Positions 44,122-56,949 of a stretch of 64,000 nt of DNA are shown here, piece by piece; positions within the stretch are counted from its first letter, which is position 1, and every line of letters begins with the position of its first letter. This stretch comes from the human T2T-CHM13v2.0 reference genome, Homo sapiens, in assembly GCF_009914755.1 (NCBI RefSeq), contig NC_060925.1. The stretch is one strand, 5' to 3'. The notes under the pieces are model-generated. The model did not search any database. It was given only the letters and a program-made list of their open reading frames with translations, and was not told where the DNA came from. Made by a program: the position numbers and the translations under genes.

Positions 44122-44412
44122 AGCTGGGCACAGTGGCTGGTGCCTGTAATCCCAGCACTTTGGGAGGCCAAGGTGGGAGGATTGTTTGAGCCCAGGAGTT
44201 TGAGACTAGCCTGGGCAACACAGTGAGACCCCTATCTCTACAAAAAATTAAAAAAAAAAATGAGCCAGCCATTATAGCACGCACCTATGGTCCCAGCTAC
44301 TCAGGAAGCTGAGGCGGGAGGGTCACTTGAGCCTGGGAAGTTGAGGCTACAGTGTGAGTGTGCCACTGCACTCCAGCCTGGGTAACAAAGTGAGCTTCTA
44401 TCCCCAAAAAAA
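44122..44412 (+). mobile_element. Alu (AluJ-like)
   Basis: GGAGGATTGTTTGAGCCCAGG; degraded TSD AAGACTGTCTTTT / AAGACCATTTTTT. Confidence 0.93.
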
Positions 44413-44599
44413 GACCATTTTTTCTACCCACTTTAATGCCTCTTTCAGGGATATGAAGTTAAAATAAAGTACTATGATTGCTCATCTGATTTTTGGTTCT
44501 TATGACGGTGATTTTTAGGGTAGATAGTTGTTCAATTTGGTGTTTCTGCAGGGAGGATGATTGGCAGAGGCTCCTATTTGGCCATCTTGCTCTGCTTCC

Positions 44600-46011
44600 A
44601 CTTCAGATATTTTGCTTTACAGTCTTTTTGCATTTCACTTTGGGAAGTTTCTATGAACATATCTACAAGCTTGCTGATTCTTTCTCAAGCCTGTCTAATC
44701 TACTGATGAGCCCATTGAAGGCATTTTTTGTTTCTATTTTTGAATTTCAGCATTTCTTTTGGATACTTTCTTAGTTTCCATCTCTTTGTTTATGTTACCC
44801 ATCTGGTTCTGTGTGCTGTTTACTTTTGCCACAAGAGCCCTTAACATATTAACAATAGTTATTTTAAATTCCCTGCCTGATAATTGCAAAATCTGTGCTG
44901 CCTCTGAGTCTTATTCTGATACTTACTTTATCTCTTCAGACTGTTTTTTTTCTTACTTCATAGCATGCTTCGTAATTTTGTTGAAAGTTAGATATAACGT
45001 ATCAGGTAATAGAAACTGAAGTAAACATCTCTTCATTGTGAGGGTTTATGTTAATCTTACTAGGAGTTAGGTCATGTTTAATGTTTGCTATAGCTATAGG
45101 TATGAAAGCCTTTAATTTCCTCTAATGTACTTATGTTTGTCTTCCTTATTGTCTTTAGGTTTTCTTAACAACTCTGTCTTAAACTGAGTCTGCATCTCAC
45201 AGTCCTTTCAGCTATTTTTCACGGTTATTATGCTACAGTCCTGTTGAGGAGTGGTAAAATGTAGGTGAGGGGACACATTCAGTAATCCTATGATTCAGTG
45301 TTAGTCTTTTAGTGGGCCTGTGTCCCTGGTCTATAAGCATTGTAAGTGTTTATTAGCTTCTCCTCTTGCCCGCCCTGTCCCACTGAGTCATTAATTAGGT
45401 GAGCCAGAGAAGGCTGGAGTTATGTAATTGCCCTAAGTGCTCTTCTCTCAGTTCAGATAAGGCTCTATTCAAGTCTTTTTCCTATACTTTTGCTTATTTT
45501 GAAGTATGCCCAGAACGTTCTCCACAGCAACTGAGAGCCTATACTGAATAGGCTTCAGTCGTGGAGGACGTTCTGGGCATATTTCAAAATATGAGAAGAG
45601 TTATCTCCTCTTCTTGACATTGCCATGTGTAGATTTGTTGTTGTTAGCATCTTACCATGAGAACCTGATGTAGTTCCTGGAGTTAATACCAATGATGTGG
45701 GGCCCCTAGGACTGTGAACCCCTGGAATTTCTCACTTTCACGCTAGACAAAACTTAGCCTCCAGCAATTCATCCAAGTTACTGGTTAACCGTTTCTACTA
45801 GCCTGCTCCTCCAGGTAAGGTGAGGCCAGCTGTGATTTTCTTTATTCCCCTGCTTCTGCAGATTTTACTATGGTAGTTTGCCCTGAGATCTCAATTCTCT
45901 GATGAGTTCAAGAAAAGTTGTTGAGTTTTCATTTGTTCAGCTTTTTCCTTATTGCAAGGATGGGAGTGGTAACTTCCAAGCTCCTTACATGTCAGAGCTG
46001 AAACTAGAGTC
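44600..46011 (-). mobile_element. old L1 (L1MC-like) ORF1 and 5' UTR
   Basis: GTCTAATCTACTGATGAGCCCATTGAAGGC; 5' terminus CTTCCAAGCTCCTTACATGTCAGAGCTGAAACTAGAGTC. Confidence 0.7.
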
Positions 46012-46087
46012 CACACAGTAATTACATTTATTGTTTCTTTTAAATTTTATAGTAGAGCTTGCTATTTTAGGCTTTAACTTGGATTAC

Positions 46088-46208
46088 CGCAGGTTTGCCT
46101 GGGTCCTGGTTGTACCAGTTGTAAATATGTTAAAGCCTATAACTTATTTTAACACCTGCTTTCAATCTCGAAGTTTCTCAATTTTAGTGGAAATCATATG
46201 GTTACCTT
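46088..46208. mobile_element. MER94-like hAT-Blackjack MITE fragment
   Basis: CTTTCAATCTCGAAG...AAATCATATGGTTACC resembles the MER94 end. Confidence 0.4.
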
Positions 46209-46214
46209 TGCAAT

Positions 46215-46539
46215 TGAAACGGAGAGTTCCCTGATTCCCCTCTCAACTCCTCTTTTCTCTTTCTCTGCCATGCGTTCTGCTGTCCATCTGTTTGCCTCTT
46301 CATCTCCTCACCTGCTGGTCTGTGGGTCTGCCAGTCTGCCTGGTCTGCTCTGGAGCTTGGGGTTTGGGGTTTATATGGGGCAGGATAGGGGGTGTGGTGG
46401 ACAAGAAGACAACTTTTTGGGTTTGGAAAAAGAAATGCCTGTTCTCATTTAGGGCTGCAGGTATCCAGGCTTGAGGGTGGGGCCTTTGTGGGGAACTGCC
46501 CTCTTTTACCCAATATTTCCCTGTCTTCTGTCCATATCA
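46215..46539 (-). mobile_element. internally deleted LTR1-family solo LTR (325 bp)
   Basis: TG...CA termini homologous to the copy at 61947-62695; exact 4 bp TSD CAAT. Confidence 0.85.
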
Positions 46540-46759
46540 CAATGATACCCTTGGGAATAATTAAAGACTTACGTGACAAAGGCGGTTGCTTTTGACTCTT
46601 GCACTTGACTGGTTTTGTTACTGGAAAATCATATACCACTTTTTCCTTTCTTTCTTTAGTATCTCTCCCTACTCACCATTTGTTTTCATTTTCACTTGTT
46701 CTTTTCACAGATACCCCCAATGTGGTAACTGGAATATGTTCTCTATGACAGTTAAGGCC

Positions 46760-47280
46760 CTTTGTGGTCATATAATTTAACCATCAGGACTGAGATTTGA
46801 GAATGACTGTTTTAACATGACTTAACTGTTTGTTCCAGGAATATTTTTATCTAGAAATATATGACTTGTAAACTAGTAAGTAATTTCACTGTTTGCTTCA
46901 GGAAATTCCTAATTTGTTTAGGAAAATTATTATCTCACTTGGTCACAGTGCTTGCTTATCCAAAAGAGCTTACTTATGAAGACTCAAGACTGTTTTCTTG
47001 ATATGTCTGTTACATATTATCATTAATTAATTTGCTTAATCCTAACAAGTTGTCCTCCTTGAAAAGATTTGAAAGGTGTCCTCCTTGAAAGATTTGCTTG
47101 TTTGAGCACAGACCTCAAAACCCTATGTGTATATATCCTTTTATGCAGATATGCATATATATATATACATATATTCTTTTATGCCCTATGTCTTCTGAGA
47201 ACTATGAAGATTCACTTTAGATTATTTTTTATCTTGTTGCAGTAGGTTTAATCAACTTAGTTTTGCATGATCACAGGTCA
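46760..47280 (+). mobile_element. ancient ERV1-type LTR (MER34/MER90-group-like)
   Basis: 3' motif TGTTGCAGTAGGTTTAATCAACTTAGTTTTGCATGATCACAGG; contains a ~26 bp tandem duplication at 47051-47096. Confidence 0.4.
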
Positions 47281-47449
47281 TTTGCATGGTCTTGAACTCT
47301 TAATAGTATTAGAATTTCTGGAGCAAGTACATTGATTATACTCCATTATAATCCTGAAAACACTGGATTGTCCTGAAAAAAATAAATTGGATAGAAAAGA
47401 CAGGCAAATTTTTTCTTTGCTTTTCATTACCTGCGTGTACATGGCCCAG

Positions 47450-47655
47450 ATTCTTATTCCACCAAGTCCCATAACAAGCCATTAATTCTAACACTATTCC
47501 TATGGATTAAGAATATTCTTATCTCAACTCCACAGGTGGAGAACTAGGAACAGAGGCTAATAGACTTGTTTAAGGTCACTGAGTGAACCAGTATCCTGGC
47601 TGGCTGGGATACAGACCAGGTCGCTTGACTGTCAGCCCCATGCTCTGTGTACCAG
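47450..47655 (-). mobile_element. MIR fragment
   Basis: CACAGGTGGAGAACTAGGAACAGAGG...GACTTGTTTAAGGTCAC. Confidence 0.6.
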
Positions 47656-48871
47656 ATGTGACACCATTCTGCTCTGCCATCAGTGAGCTATTGACCTTGT
47701 CTCCTTCTTAGCTGGCAGAGGTCTACTCTGTGTGCTAATGTCAGTTCTGCAGTTTATACCTTGAATTTCTTTTCTGCATGGCCAACTTTGTAGTGTTGCA
47801 ATATTTTCAGGGTATGGCAAAACATGGTGTAAAATAATCTTTTAAAAATTGACATAAGATAGGGAGGTAGGAGAATTCTTAAAACATGCTGAAACTTACA
47901 ATGTAATAGAAGAAAAAATCAAATGGATTTCAAAACTGAGCTTTTTTAAATGGCTAAGATCTACATAGCCAAGCACACATTGCATATTTTAAAAGAAAAA
48001 TAGCTAAACTAAGTTTTCTTCATATCCTGGGGTAGCTAATAAGTCTTAAGTTATACTGTAAATACAATGTCCTTCATGTAAACTCATTTCATTTAGGCAG
48101 GATATCCTTGAATTACAACTTCTATCCATCTCCATTTTGGCAATGTGTCTCCAAAAATGTTGTGAATTGAAATAGTTTTCCTTTCAGTGGGTTCTACTTT
48201 CTTTTGCTTTATATCTCCTTTCTTCATTCATTACAATAGTATTTACTACAAAACTGCCATCATGATTTATTTCTCTGTAGGCCAAATCTGATTAAATAGA
48301 GTGTTATTAAAGTCTACTGATGACTTAATCATTCCTATTTACCTCAAAAAGTATAAAGAGGTTATAAATGTCACTTTCCAAAAGTTTCTGAAAATTTTGT
48401 GAGGGGTCATTAGAAAAAGATCTCAGAGATCCATAAGTGAGTTACTCACTGAAAAAGAGAAGATCCAACGAATCCTGGGTAACTGCTTGCCACCTGAAAA
48501 AAGCATATGGTAACCCCTTTACACAGAACTCAATTAGGACATAATCATATAACTTGTTACAGAATTCCTGGACCCTGAAATGGTTGACACTTAGTATTTT
48601 AAAGGGAATCACCAATTTTTCCTCAGTCTCTTTGCTTAACACTTCATGAAGAACTTTTAAAAAATGTTTTACTGCTTACTTACGGAAGACATGAAATTCT
48701 TGGACAGTATATATGTGAATCAGAGATAATCTCTGGATAAAGGGATTTGGAAAGTGGCTATCGGAATGGGAGATAGAAAAGAATTTGTCTTGAATAAATC
48801 CACAGGAAGGATAGCAATATTAGGCACCAAGTTAAAAAAGTAAACAAAGTGTCTGGGTTGAGCCAGGCACC

Positions 48872-48911
48872 TGTATTAGTTAGGGTTCTTCAGAGAAATA
48901 GAACCAATAAA

Positions 48912-48966
<55 letters not shown>

Positions 48967-49500
48967 TGTATGTATGTATGTATCTATGTTTATATATAGG
49001 CAAAATTTTTCTTTAGTTTTTATTGCCTGCTTGTACCTGGCCCTCTATATACATAGAGAGAGAGAGAGAGATGTATGAGATGTATTATGAAGACCTGGTT
49101 CATGCAATTGTGGATGACAAGTACCACAGTCTGCTATCTGCAAGGTGGATATCCAGGAAATCCAGTGATGTAATTCAGTCTGGGTCTGAAAGCCTTAGAA
49201 CCAGAGAAGCCAGTGATGTAAATCCTAGTCCAAGGGAAGGAGAACATAAAATGAGATGTCCCAGCTTAAGTGATGAGACAGGAAAAAAAGGAATAAATCT
49301 CTCCTTCCTTTGCCTTTTGTTCTATTCAGGACTTCAGTGGATTAGATGGTGCCATTCGCGTTGGGGAGGGCAATCACTTTACTGAATCCCCTGATTCAAC
49401 TGCTAATCTTATCCAGAAACACCCTCATAGACACACTCAGAAACGTGTTTACTCTGGGGACCTTGTGGCCCACTCAAGTTGACACCTAAAATTAACCACA
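48872..49500 (-). mobile_element. MLT2 (MLT2B-like) ERVL LTR with internal (CA)n
   Basis: TGTATTAGTTAGGGTTCTTCAGAGAAATAGAACCAATA ... CAAGTTGACACCTAAAATTAACCACA. Confidence 0.88.
48914..48960. repeat. (AC)~23 microsatellite
   Basis: direct reading. Confidence 0.97.
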
Positions 49501-50118
<618 letters not shown>

Positions 50119-50481
50119 TGATTTGATTGGCTCTGTGTCCGCGCCCAAATCTCATCTCCAGTTGTAATCCCCACATGTCAGGGGAGGGACCTGGTGGGAG
50201 GTGATTGGATCATGGGGGCAGATTTTCCCTGTGGTGTTCTCATGACAGTGAGGGAGTTTTCCTGAGAGCTGATGGTTTTAAGTGGCAATTCCTCACTCTT
50301 TCTCTCTCTCTCCTGCTGCCATGTTAGACGTGCCTTGCTTCCTCTTCACCTTCTGCCATGATTGTAAGTTTCCTGAGGCCTCCTCAGCCATGTGGAACTG
50401 TGAGTCAATTAAACTTCTTTCCTTTATAAATTACTCAGTCTCAAGTATTTCTTTATAGTAGTGTGAAAACAAATTGGTACA
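50119..50481 (+). mobile_element. THE1D-like solo LTR
   Basis: CCATGATTGTAAGTTTCCTGAGGCC...CTGTGAGTCAATTAAAC; TSD CATAC/GATAC. Confidence 0.9.
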
Positions 50482-50488
50482 GATACAG

Positions 50489-50529
<41 letters not shown>

Positions 50530-50562
50530 TGGAAATGTATTATGAGGAATAGGCTCACATGA

Positions 50563-50981
50563 TTCTTAGTCAGTTTGGGCTGCTATAACAAAGAATTATA
50601 AACTATTTATTAGAAATTTGTTTTCATAGAAATTTATTTCTCACAGCTCTGGAGGCTAGAAATCCAAGATCAGGTTGTCAGCAGGTTTGGTGCCCACCAA
50701 GGCCTCTCTCCTTGGCTTGCAGCCCTTGGCTGATTTTTTTTTTGCTGTGTCCTCACATGGTCTTTTCTCTGTATGTGCATCCCTGGTGTCTCTCTGTGCG
50801 TCCAAATTTTCTGTTCTTATAAGGACCCCAGTCAGATTGCATTAGGGCTCACCCATGTGATATCATTTAAACTTAATTACCTCTTTAAAAGTCCTGTCTC
50901 CAAAAACTGCCTCATTCTGAGGTAGCGGGGGATAGAGCTTCAACATATGAATTTGCAGGGAACACAATTTACTACATAACA
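50563..50981 (-). mobile_element. MLT1B-like LTR
   Basis: GGGCTGCTATAACAAA, TTCTTATAAGGACCCCAGTCAGATTGCATTAGGGC, CTTCAACATATGAATTT. Confidence 0.85.
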
Positions 50982-51057
50982 AAATATGACAGATCTCTGA
51001 AAGGTAACATGGACTCTTACTTTTTATCTTATGTATTTTTATTTCCTCCTTATTCTA

Positions 51058-51312
51058 GAGGCAGTGTAGCACAACTAAATGCATGGCTCTGGAGCCAGCC
51101 TACCTGCATTCATTCTTTGCCATGCTACTTACTAGATTTGCAACCAAAGGCAAATTGCTTGACTTCTCTGTATCTCAGTTTCCTTGCATGTGAAATGGAA
51201 ATGGAATTGTCAGTAATAACTACCTCATTGGATTGGTGTGAAGTTTAAATGGATGAATACATATAACATACTTAGTAGTTGCTGGCACACAATAAACATT
51301 CAATAAGTGTTA
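51058..51312 (+). mobile_element. MIR, near full length
   Basis: GGCTCTGGAGCCAG, CTCTGTATCTCAGTTTCCTTGCATGTGAAATGG, CTGGCACACAATAAACATTCAATAA. Confidence 0.85.
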
Positions 51313-51944
51313 AGTATGAAGAATAACAATAATTTCTGGCCATAAAATATATAATAAGATACTTATACATATTAGTGCTATAGATAAATATTTGTATTCT
51401 GTAGAGATGTATCAATTTTTCCATTAAATGGCATAATCAGAAAGAAAGATGTATAAATTTAAGGTGACTATCCCAGCTATAATTTGCATCACTTACTTTT
51501 CACATATTCACATACAGCATATATCTGTCTGACCATCTGTGTTTCTAAAATAACTCCAGTGAGATTTCAGACACCTAATATTGTTAATAACAAAAACGCC
51601 ATGTGTCTTTTACATTTGTGTGGGTGATAATTCTGTACTTTAGTTTACCGTATTAAATTCACCCTTAATCTAGTTTTTGGTATATTTTGAAACATGGGTT
51701 AGCCCTTTTATTTTTTCTTTATAAATACATTACCATCGTTTTCTCTCTCATCTTCACAAATTCTAAATAATAAGCAAAAAGGAAAAAAATTTTAAATGAT
51801 AAATATTTTATGCGTGTGCTTTTATATACAGTACCTTTCACCCATAACAATGACCTGCTAATAGTCAAATCCAATGAACTGTGTTCGGGCATTAACTAAT
51901 TTATTGAAAGCAATGTCTCTGCATCACTTTTTTTTCTTTTTACT

Positions 51945-52145
51945 AACACACATAGCATTTGCTCTTTGCCTAGCCCTGCTATAAGCAATTTCCATTTATT
52001 AAATTATTTAGTTTTCAGAACAGCCCTATAGAGTAGGTGTTATTATTCCCATTTTACAAATGAGGAAATTTAGGCACAAAGAGATTAAGCTACTTGCCCT
52101 TCAGTGAGTACATAGTCGGGCCATCATTAGGCCTAGGCAGTCATG
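51945..52145 (-). mobile_element. MIR nested in L2
   Basis: TATTATTCCCATTTTACAAATGAGGAAATTTAGGCACAAAGAGATTAAG. Confidence 0.85.
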
Positions 52146-52889
52146 TTGCATTTTCATTCTGGACACTTTTTCTTTTATTGGCTTACAGAATACCACTCAT
52201 TTCTAACCTTTCTGGCCACTCAAATAAAATCCTTTATTAAATCTCTCTCTTTCCATGAAATGCAGCTTAAATATTGTAGCTTCTCACAGTTCTATTCTTA
52301 GAATGTTTGTTTTCTCTCTTTAAACTCCTACTCATTCTAGGACTGAGGTACAATCTAAACAGTGATAATCTTACATTTATACTCTAGAGCCATCTTTTCC
52401 CTGAAGTGAACATGTATTTCCAACCACCTACTCAGCACCTCCAACTTGAATGCTGAGCATGCGCAAAAGTGAACTCTCCATTTGCCTCACTCTTCCCATA
52501 TTGCTCCTCCTCCTTCAGTTCCAATTCCTAAGCCTCCTAGTGGACTCTTCCATCTCCCTCATTTCATGTGTGCAATCTGCAACCAAGTTCTATTGATTCT
52601 GGCCCCAAGTAGCTCCTTAATCTTGCCCCTTATCTCAAATCTAGTAGGTGGGTGCTGATAGATTTTCTGTTATCTTTTCATCCATTAATGACTTTTACTT
52701 ACTAAAAATTATCATTTGACCATTGTATAGTCAACATATGTTAGTATTCTCTGCAGTTTGAAACATTTCAATCATTCCTTTACCTTAATTTTCCCAATAT
52801 CCCAAACCTGAGCCAGGATTTTATTTCATTACGTAGTTTTCTGTTTTTTATTTGCTAGAAAGGAATTGAGTTTCTTTTTCATCACAAGT

Positions 52890-52923
52890 AAGTATCTTGA
52901 TCTTCCTCAAGATCAAGATACTT
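52890..52923. repeat. perfect 15 bp inverted repeat, 4 nt loop
   Basis: AAGTATCTTGATCTT-CCTC-AAGATCAAGATACTT. Confidence 0.95.
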
Positions 52924-53997
52924 TGAAGATCAAGACTTTTGCAGAGTTTTAAAAAATAGATGAGATTTTTGTTTCCTCCCTCAGCAGTAACCACTACACA
53001 AATAGAATGCAAAGAGATAAGGAACTTTTAAGAATGGCCTAGTATATTTTCCTTTGGGCTAGTTCCTTGATCTACAAATTCTTTGGGAAGAATGTTAATT
53101 TCATTGTCTATTATCTCTCACCTCAACTTTTGCAACAATCTTCAAACCTGTTTCTCTCTTTCTCCACTCTATATAATCTTCCTAAAAATTAAAAACAAAC
53201 AAACAAACAAACAAAAAACGCTCTATTGGCCACTGGATTAGGTGAAAATCTTTCAGAATGGCTTGCAGGGTCTTGGACAAGTCAGCTGAAAAATGACCTC
53301 TTCAGCTTCCTCTTCCTCTGCCTCTCTTCACCTTCCTCTTCCTCTCCCTCTCTTCATCATATCCCTTAAATTCAAGCCACAATAAATTCTAGCTCCATGC
53401 ACAGCTTTTCTTTCTCTAATGCCATATACTCCAGTTGTATCTGAAAACACATACATTTCATTAAGGCTTGACCCTGACCTGACATCTGGATGCTCCTCCT
53501 TGATGTCTGTCACCACCCACCCATCATGTTTCCCAGGACAACCCTGCCCTGCCTTGCTCTGCCCCTGATGAACGGGCAGGTCTCATGCGTAATTTCATCA
53601 TCTGGCTCCTTGTCTCTGACACTTTTCTTATAATTGCTGAACTCCCAACCTCTTGTTTCTAAAAATGGATTTAGATTTTTTGACTTGAACTTCACTGCTA
53701 ATTTTTAGATAGGGTTTGACTTCTGACTTTGTCCCCAGGCATGTGAGATAATCACCCCACAGGATGGAGCCTTGAACCCAGACTCAGTCACCTTTCCAGA
53801 CCCTCCTGTAAATCCAAAGGCCCCTTACGGGAGGGATCATACAGTCTGTTAAACATCTTCTTGTTTCCCTCAGAAAGAACTGGTCACTGCCTCCTTGGCG
53901 CTTCCATGATTGTCCTCTGTTTATATATCTGATATTTCTATCTTGTGGTTATATTGCAATAATAATACTTGAGAGCACATTCTCAGGTGTGAGGAGT

Positions 53998-54448
53998 GTA
54001 ACTTGGCACTTCTGTGCCTCCAGTTCAATGCTCCTCCTGTAGCCCCTTGTATCGCTTTTACTACTTTGTGCCCTCTTCCCCTGACTTGAGTATGCCTCTG
54101 CTTTCCTCAACTTGCACCTGTGATTCTTCTTCAGAGTATGCCCTTGGACTACTATTCCTTTGCCCAGAAGCCCAGAGAACTGGTGGTGCCTGGGAAGTAC
54201 ATTCATCCCAGGTGGCTGTTAACCAATGACTGAATGGTGAGAGAGTCTCAATCAAGGGACAGGACCACTCTGAGGCATAGGCTAAAGCTATTCTGTATAG
54301 GACTTTGCCTAAAGCCTTACTTGGCTTCTTTCTCCTCCATGCCATGCTTCCCCCTCTCCCTATTGATTTTTCTCAGGAGTACTTCCCTAATGATTCATTT
54401 GCATGGAGCTTGGTGCATGGTCTACTTCTAGAGAGCTTGATCTAAGAA
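53998..54448 (+). mobile_element. LTR16-family ERVL LTR
   Basis: GTGCCTGGGAAG, TAACCAATGACTGA, GGACCACTCTGAGGC, CTACTTCTAGAGAGCTTGATCTAAGA end. Confidence 0.65.
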
Positions 54449-54839
54449 TACCACTTAATCTCCCTTTCATGTCCATTTTGTTTGGTTACAGAAAAAGTAT
54501 TCCAAGTAGATTCTAAGTAAATGTAGTCACTTCAGATTAAATTTCAATCAATTCAGAATTTTCACAGAATCTCTTCTCCTTTCTCCATAAATTATGGTAG
54601 GGCCGTCGTGGTGGTGATGTTTTTATAGTTTCATGAGGAATTATGTCCATCTGGCCCCAGTTGTCAGAATCTATCCTGTGGCATATCATATTACACCCAA
54701 TTATCTATTTCTATGTTTGTTCTCATTACTATGGTTAAAGCTTTAAAGTGCCCAGATCTTTTTCTCCTTCTCCTGCTCCTCCTCCTTCTTTGTTCTAAGC
54801 ACTTAGAATAGGGACACTAAGGGTTCAGTGAAAGCACTG

Positions 54840-54990
54840 AATACCTTTGTAAGCTAGTCATTATCATCCTAGTTTTACAGATGTAAATGAGGCTCAGAGA
54901 GATGAAATAATTGAGGCAAAGGAAGATAATTGATTAATAGCAGAACTTGAATGCGATCTTCTGACTTGGTATGAATTTTTCCACACCACC
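54840..54990 (-). mobile_element. MIR fragment
   Basis: TTTTACAGATGTAAATGAGGCTCAGAGAGATGAAATAA. Confidence 0.7.
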
Positions 54991-56949
54991 CTTCCTCACC
55001 TTCCTCTATACCATCCTCCGAATCCTATGACTGTGTCATTATGCCTGATTTTCAAGGGAAAGTCCTGTGTATAGTGACCTCAGCCACAGAAAGTTAGTCA
55101 CAAACATCTTCTTGTAGGCTTTTTGGAGAAGGGAAGAATCATTGCAAAGCCTTTGTCACTACTGGAAATAAAAACAGAATCTTCCTGATCAGGCTTCCTC
55201 CTCAAATATGAACATTAATTAACAGTTTTCTTTCCTTCTTGGAGAAACTGTGCACAACTTTAAGCTTTCATTGAAAACATACCTATAATAAGATCAAGCA
55301 TCAGTTTTTATATCATTTTTATCTGTTTGGTAAGCAATCTACAATCTACTGGGAGGGAGGGGTCCAGCCATGCTAGAAGGAAAGTATTGTGTCTTTAGGG
55401 AAGGTGTGTGTTTGAATCAGAAAGAAGACCAATTAATAATGGAAATATCCCATGATGCAATGGAAGAAATGTACTCTAGGGAGGTTTGATGTAAGGACAA
55501 TGCTTTTAAATTATTGATATTACAATGAGCAAGAAAGTCTGAGCACAATACTCTTTTTTATTCCCACCAATTCTCACTCTTGGGAATTCAAGACCTTAGA
55601 TCAGGTGGTATGTTACAGGGATCAAAAGGCATCTCTCATATCTCAGAGGACCAGAGGTGGCATGACCCCTTATTCCTATGCATGTGTGCAGGCGTCTGGA
55701 CTGTCCTATTGTAATATGTATCTGTGCTGAGCTGTGTGAGCATAGAAGCTGCACAGATCCTGCTTGGATATGCTACCTAGCAGGAGGGAAGAACAGTGAA
55801 GTTTGAAAGGCGTGATTTAGTTAATATGCTACACTCTGCCTCTCAGGCACTTGGGGGCACATCTTTTGTTACTCTGGCTTATTTCTTCTGACAAGGGCAT
55901 GATTTAGCAGTTTGTTAGGGAACAACATTACCATTTAGTGGAAGAGCACTTTCCGTTTTAAAACTTTTAACTTAAATTAATGTCATCTAGAGTATATTTG
56001 TTTTAACCTATTGACTCTTAGCACTTAAACACCTTAGGCAAGATCCATCTGTATGTACAGAACCTGAAATCATTTGCAATTTGGTAATGTGTCTCATTGT
56101 AGCATGCTTGAATGCCATTATGAATTAAATACAGGAGTACCATCTTATATTCCACTTTGAGATCTTAAAGTTGACATTTACTTGTTGCAAGCAAATTCCA
56201 AGCAAAAATTGGCATAGTATACTCTCTAGCTTACACATTTATGATATTTTAATTTTTTCATTTAGAACTCTGTATAGTAACTTGAGGGCTTGTTTTTTCT
56301 AAATATATATTGGGGATGAAGAAATGTCTATAATGGGAGGTACATGACAAGGTAAATAATAATTGGTACCTTCAGAACTGCTTCTAAATAAAATTTCAAG
56401 CTTAATGAAATTTGACCTCAGCTAAAGCTTTCTCTGTGTTTTTTTTTTCCCTCTAGTATCCACTGTCCTCAGAATGGCCCTTTTTCTTGCCTCTCTTGTA
56501 TGTGTCTTCTATGCTCCCAGGAGTATGGTTCTCTTCTGTGCCACCAAAAGCTATAATGATTCCTTCTTCTGAAAGGGCCGAAGAGGCCTTTCTACTGAAG
56601 TCCAAGAGGGGCTGAAAGCAGTTATAACCCTGGGTCCTCTAATTCTAGCTCAGCCTTCTCACTCATGAAAACTTCAGGCTGTTGGTGGGCTTGCCAAAAA
56701 AAAAAGAAAAATAAAAGAATCCCATTACTTTTACTTTGATACAATGTACTTTAAACTCATTGTGGAGGAAAATTTATTGCCTTATTAACATGTCTCTGGT
56801 TTTCTTTTTGGAAATAATGGATTTTTTTTCTGGCTTGTTGGATTGACAGTGAAGTTTAGTTTTTATAGGCTATTCTCTGTGTTGCTTAGGAAATGGATTT
56901 GGGGACCAGATTCAGAGTTCCAGGTTCAGAGACCAATCTTGAGTTATTA

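Larger units (their letters stand above)
51845..53460 (+). mobile_element. fragmented L2 (pieces ~51845-52640 and ~53090-53460)
   Basis: CAATGACCTGCTAATAGTCAAATCCAATG, CATGTATTTCCAACCACCTACTC and other L2-like pyrimidine-rich motifs. Confidence 0.6.
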
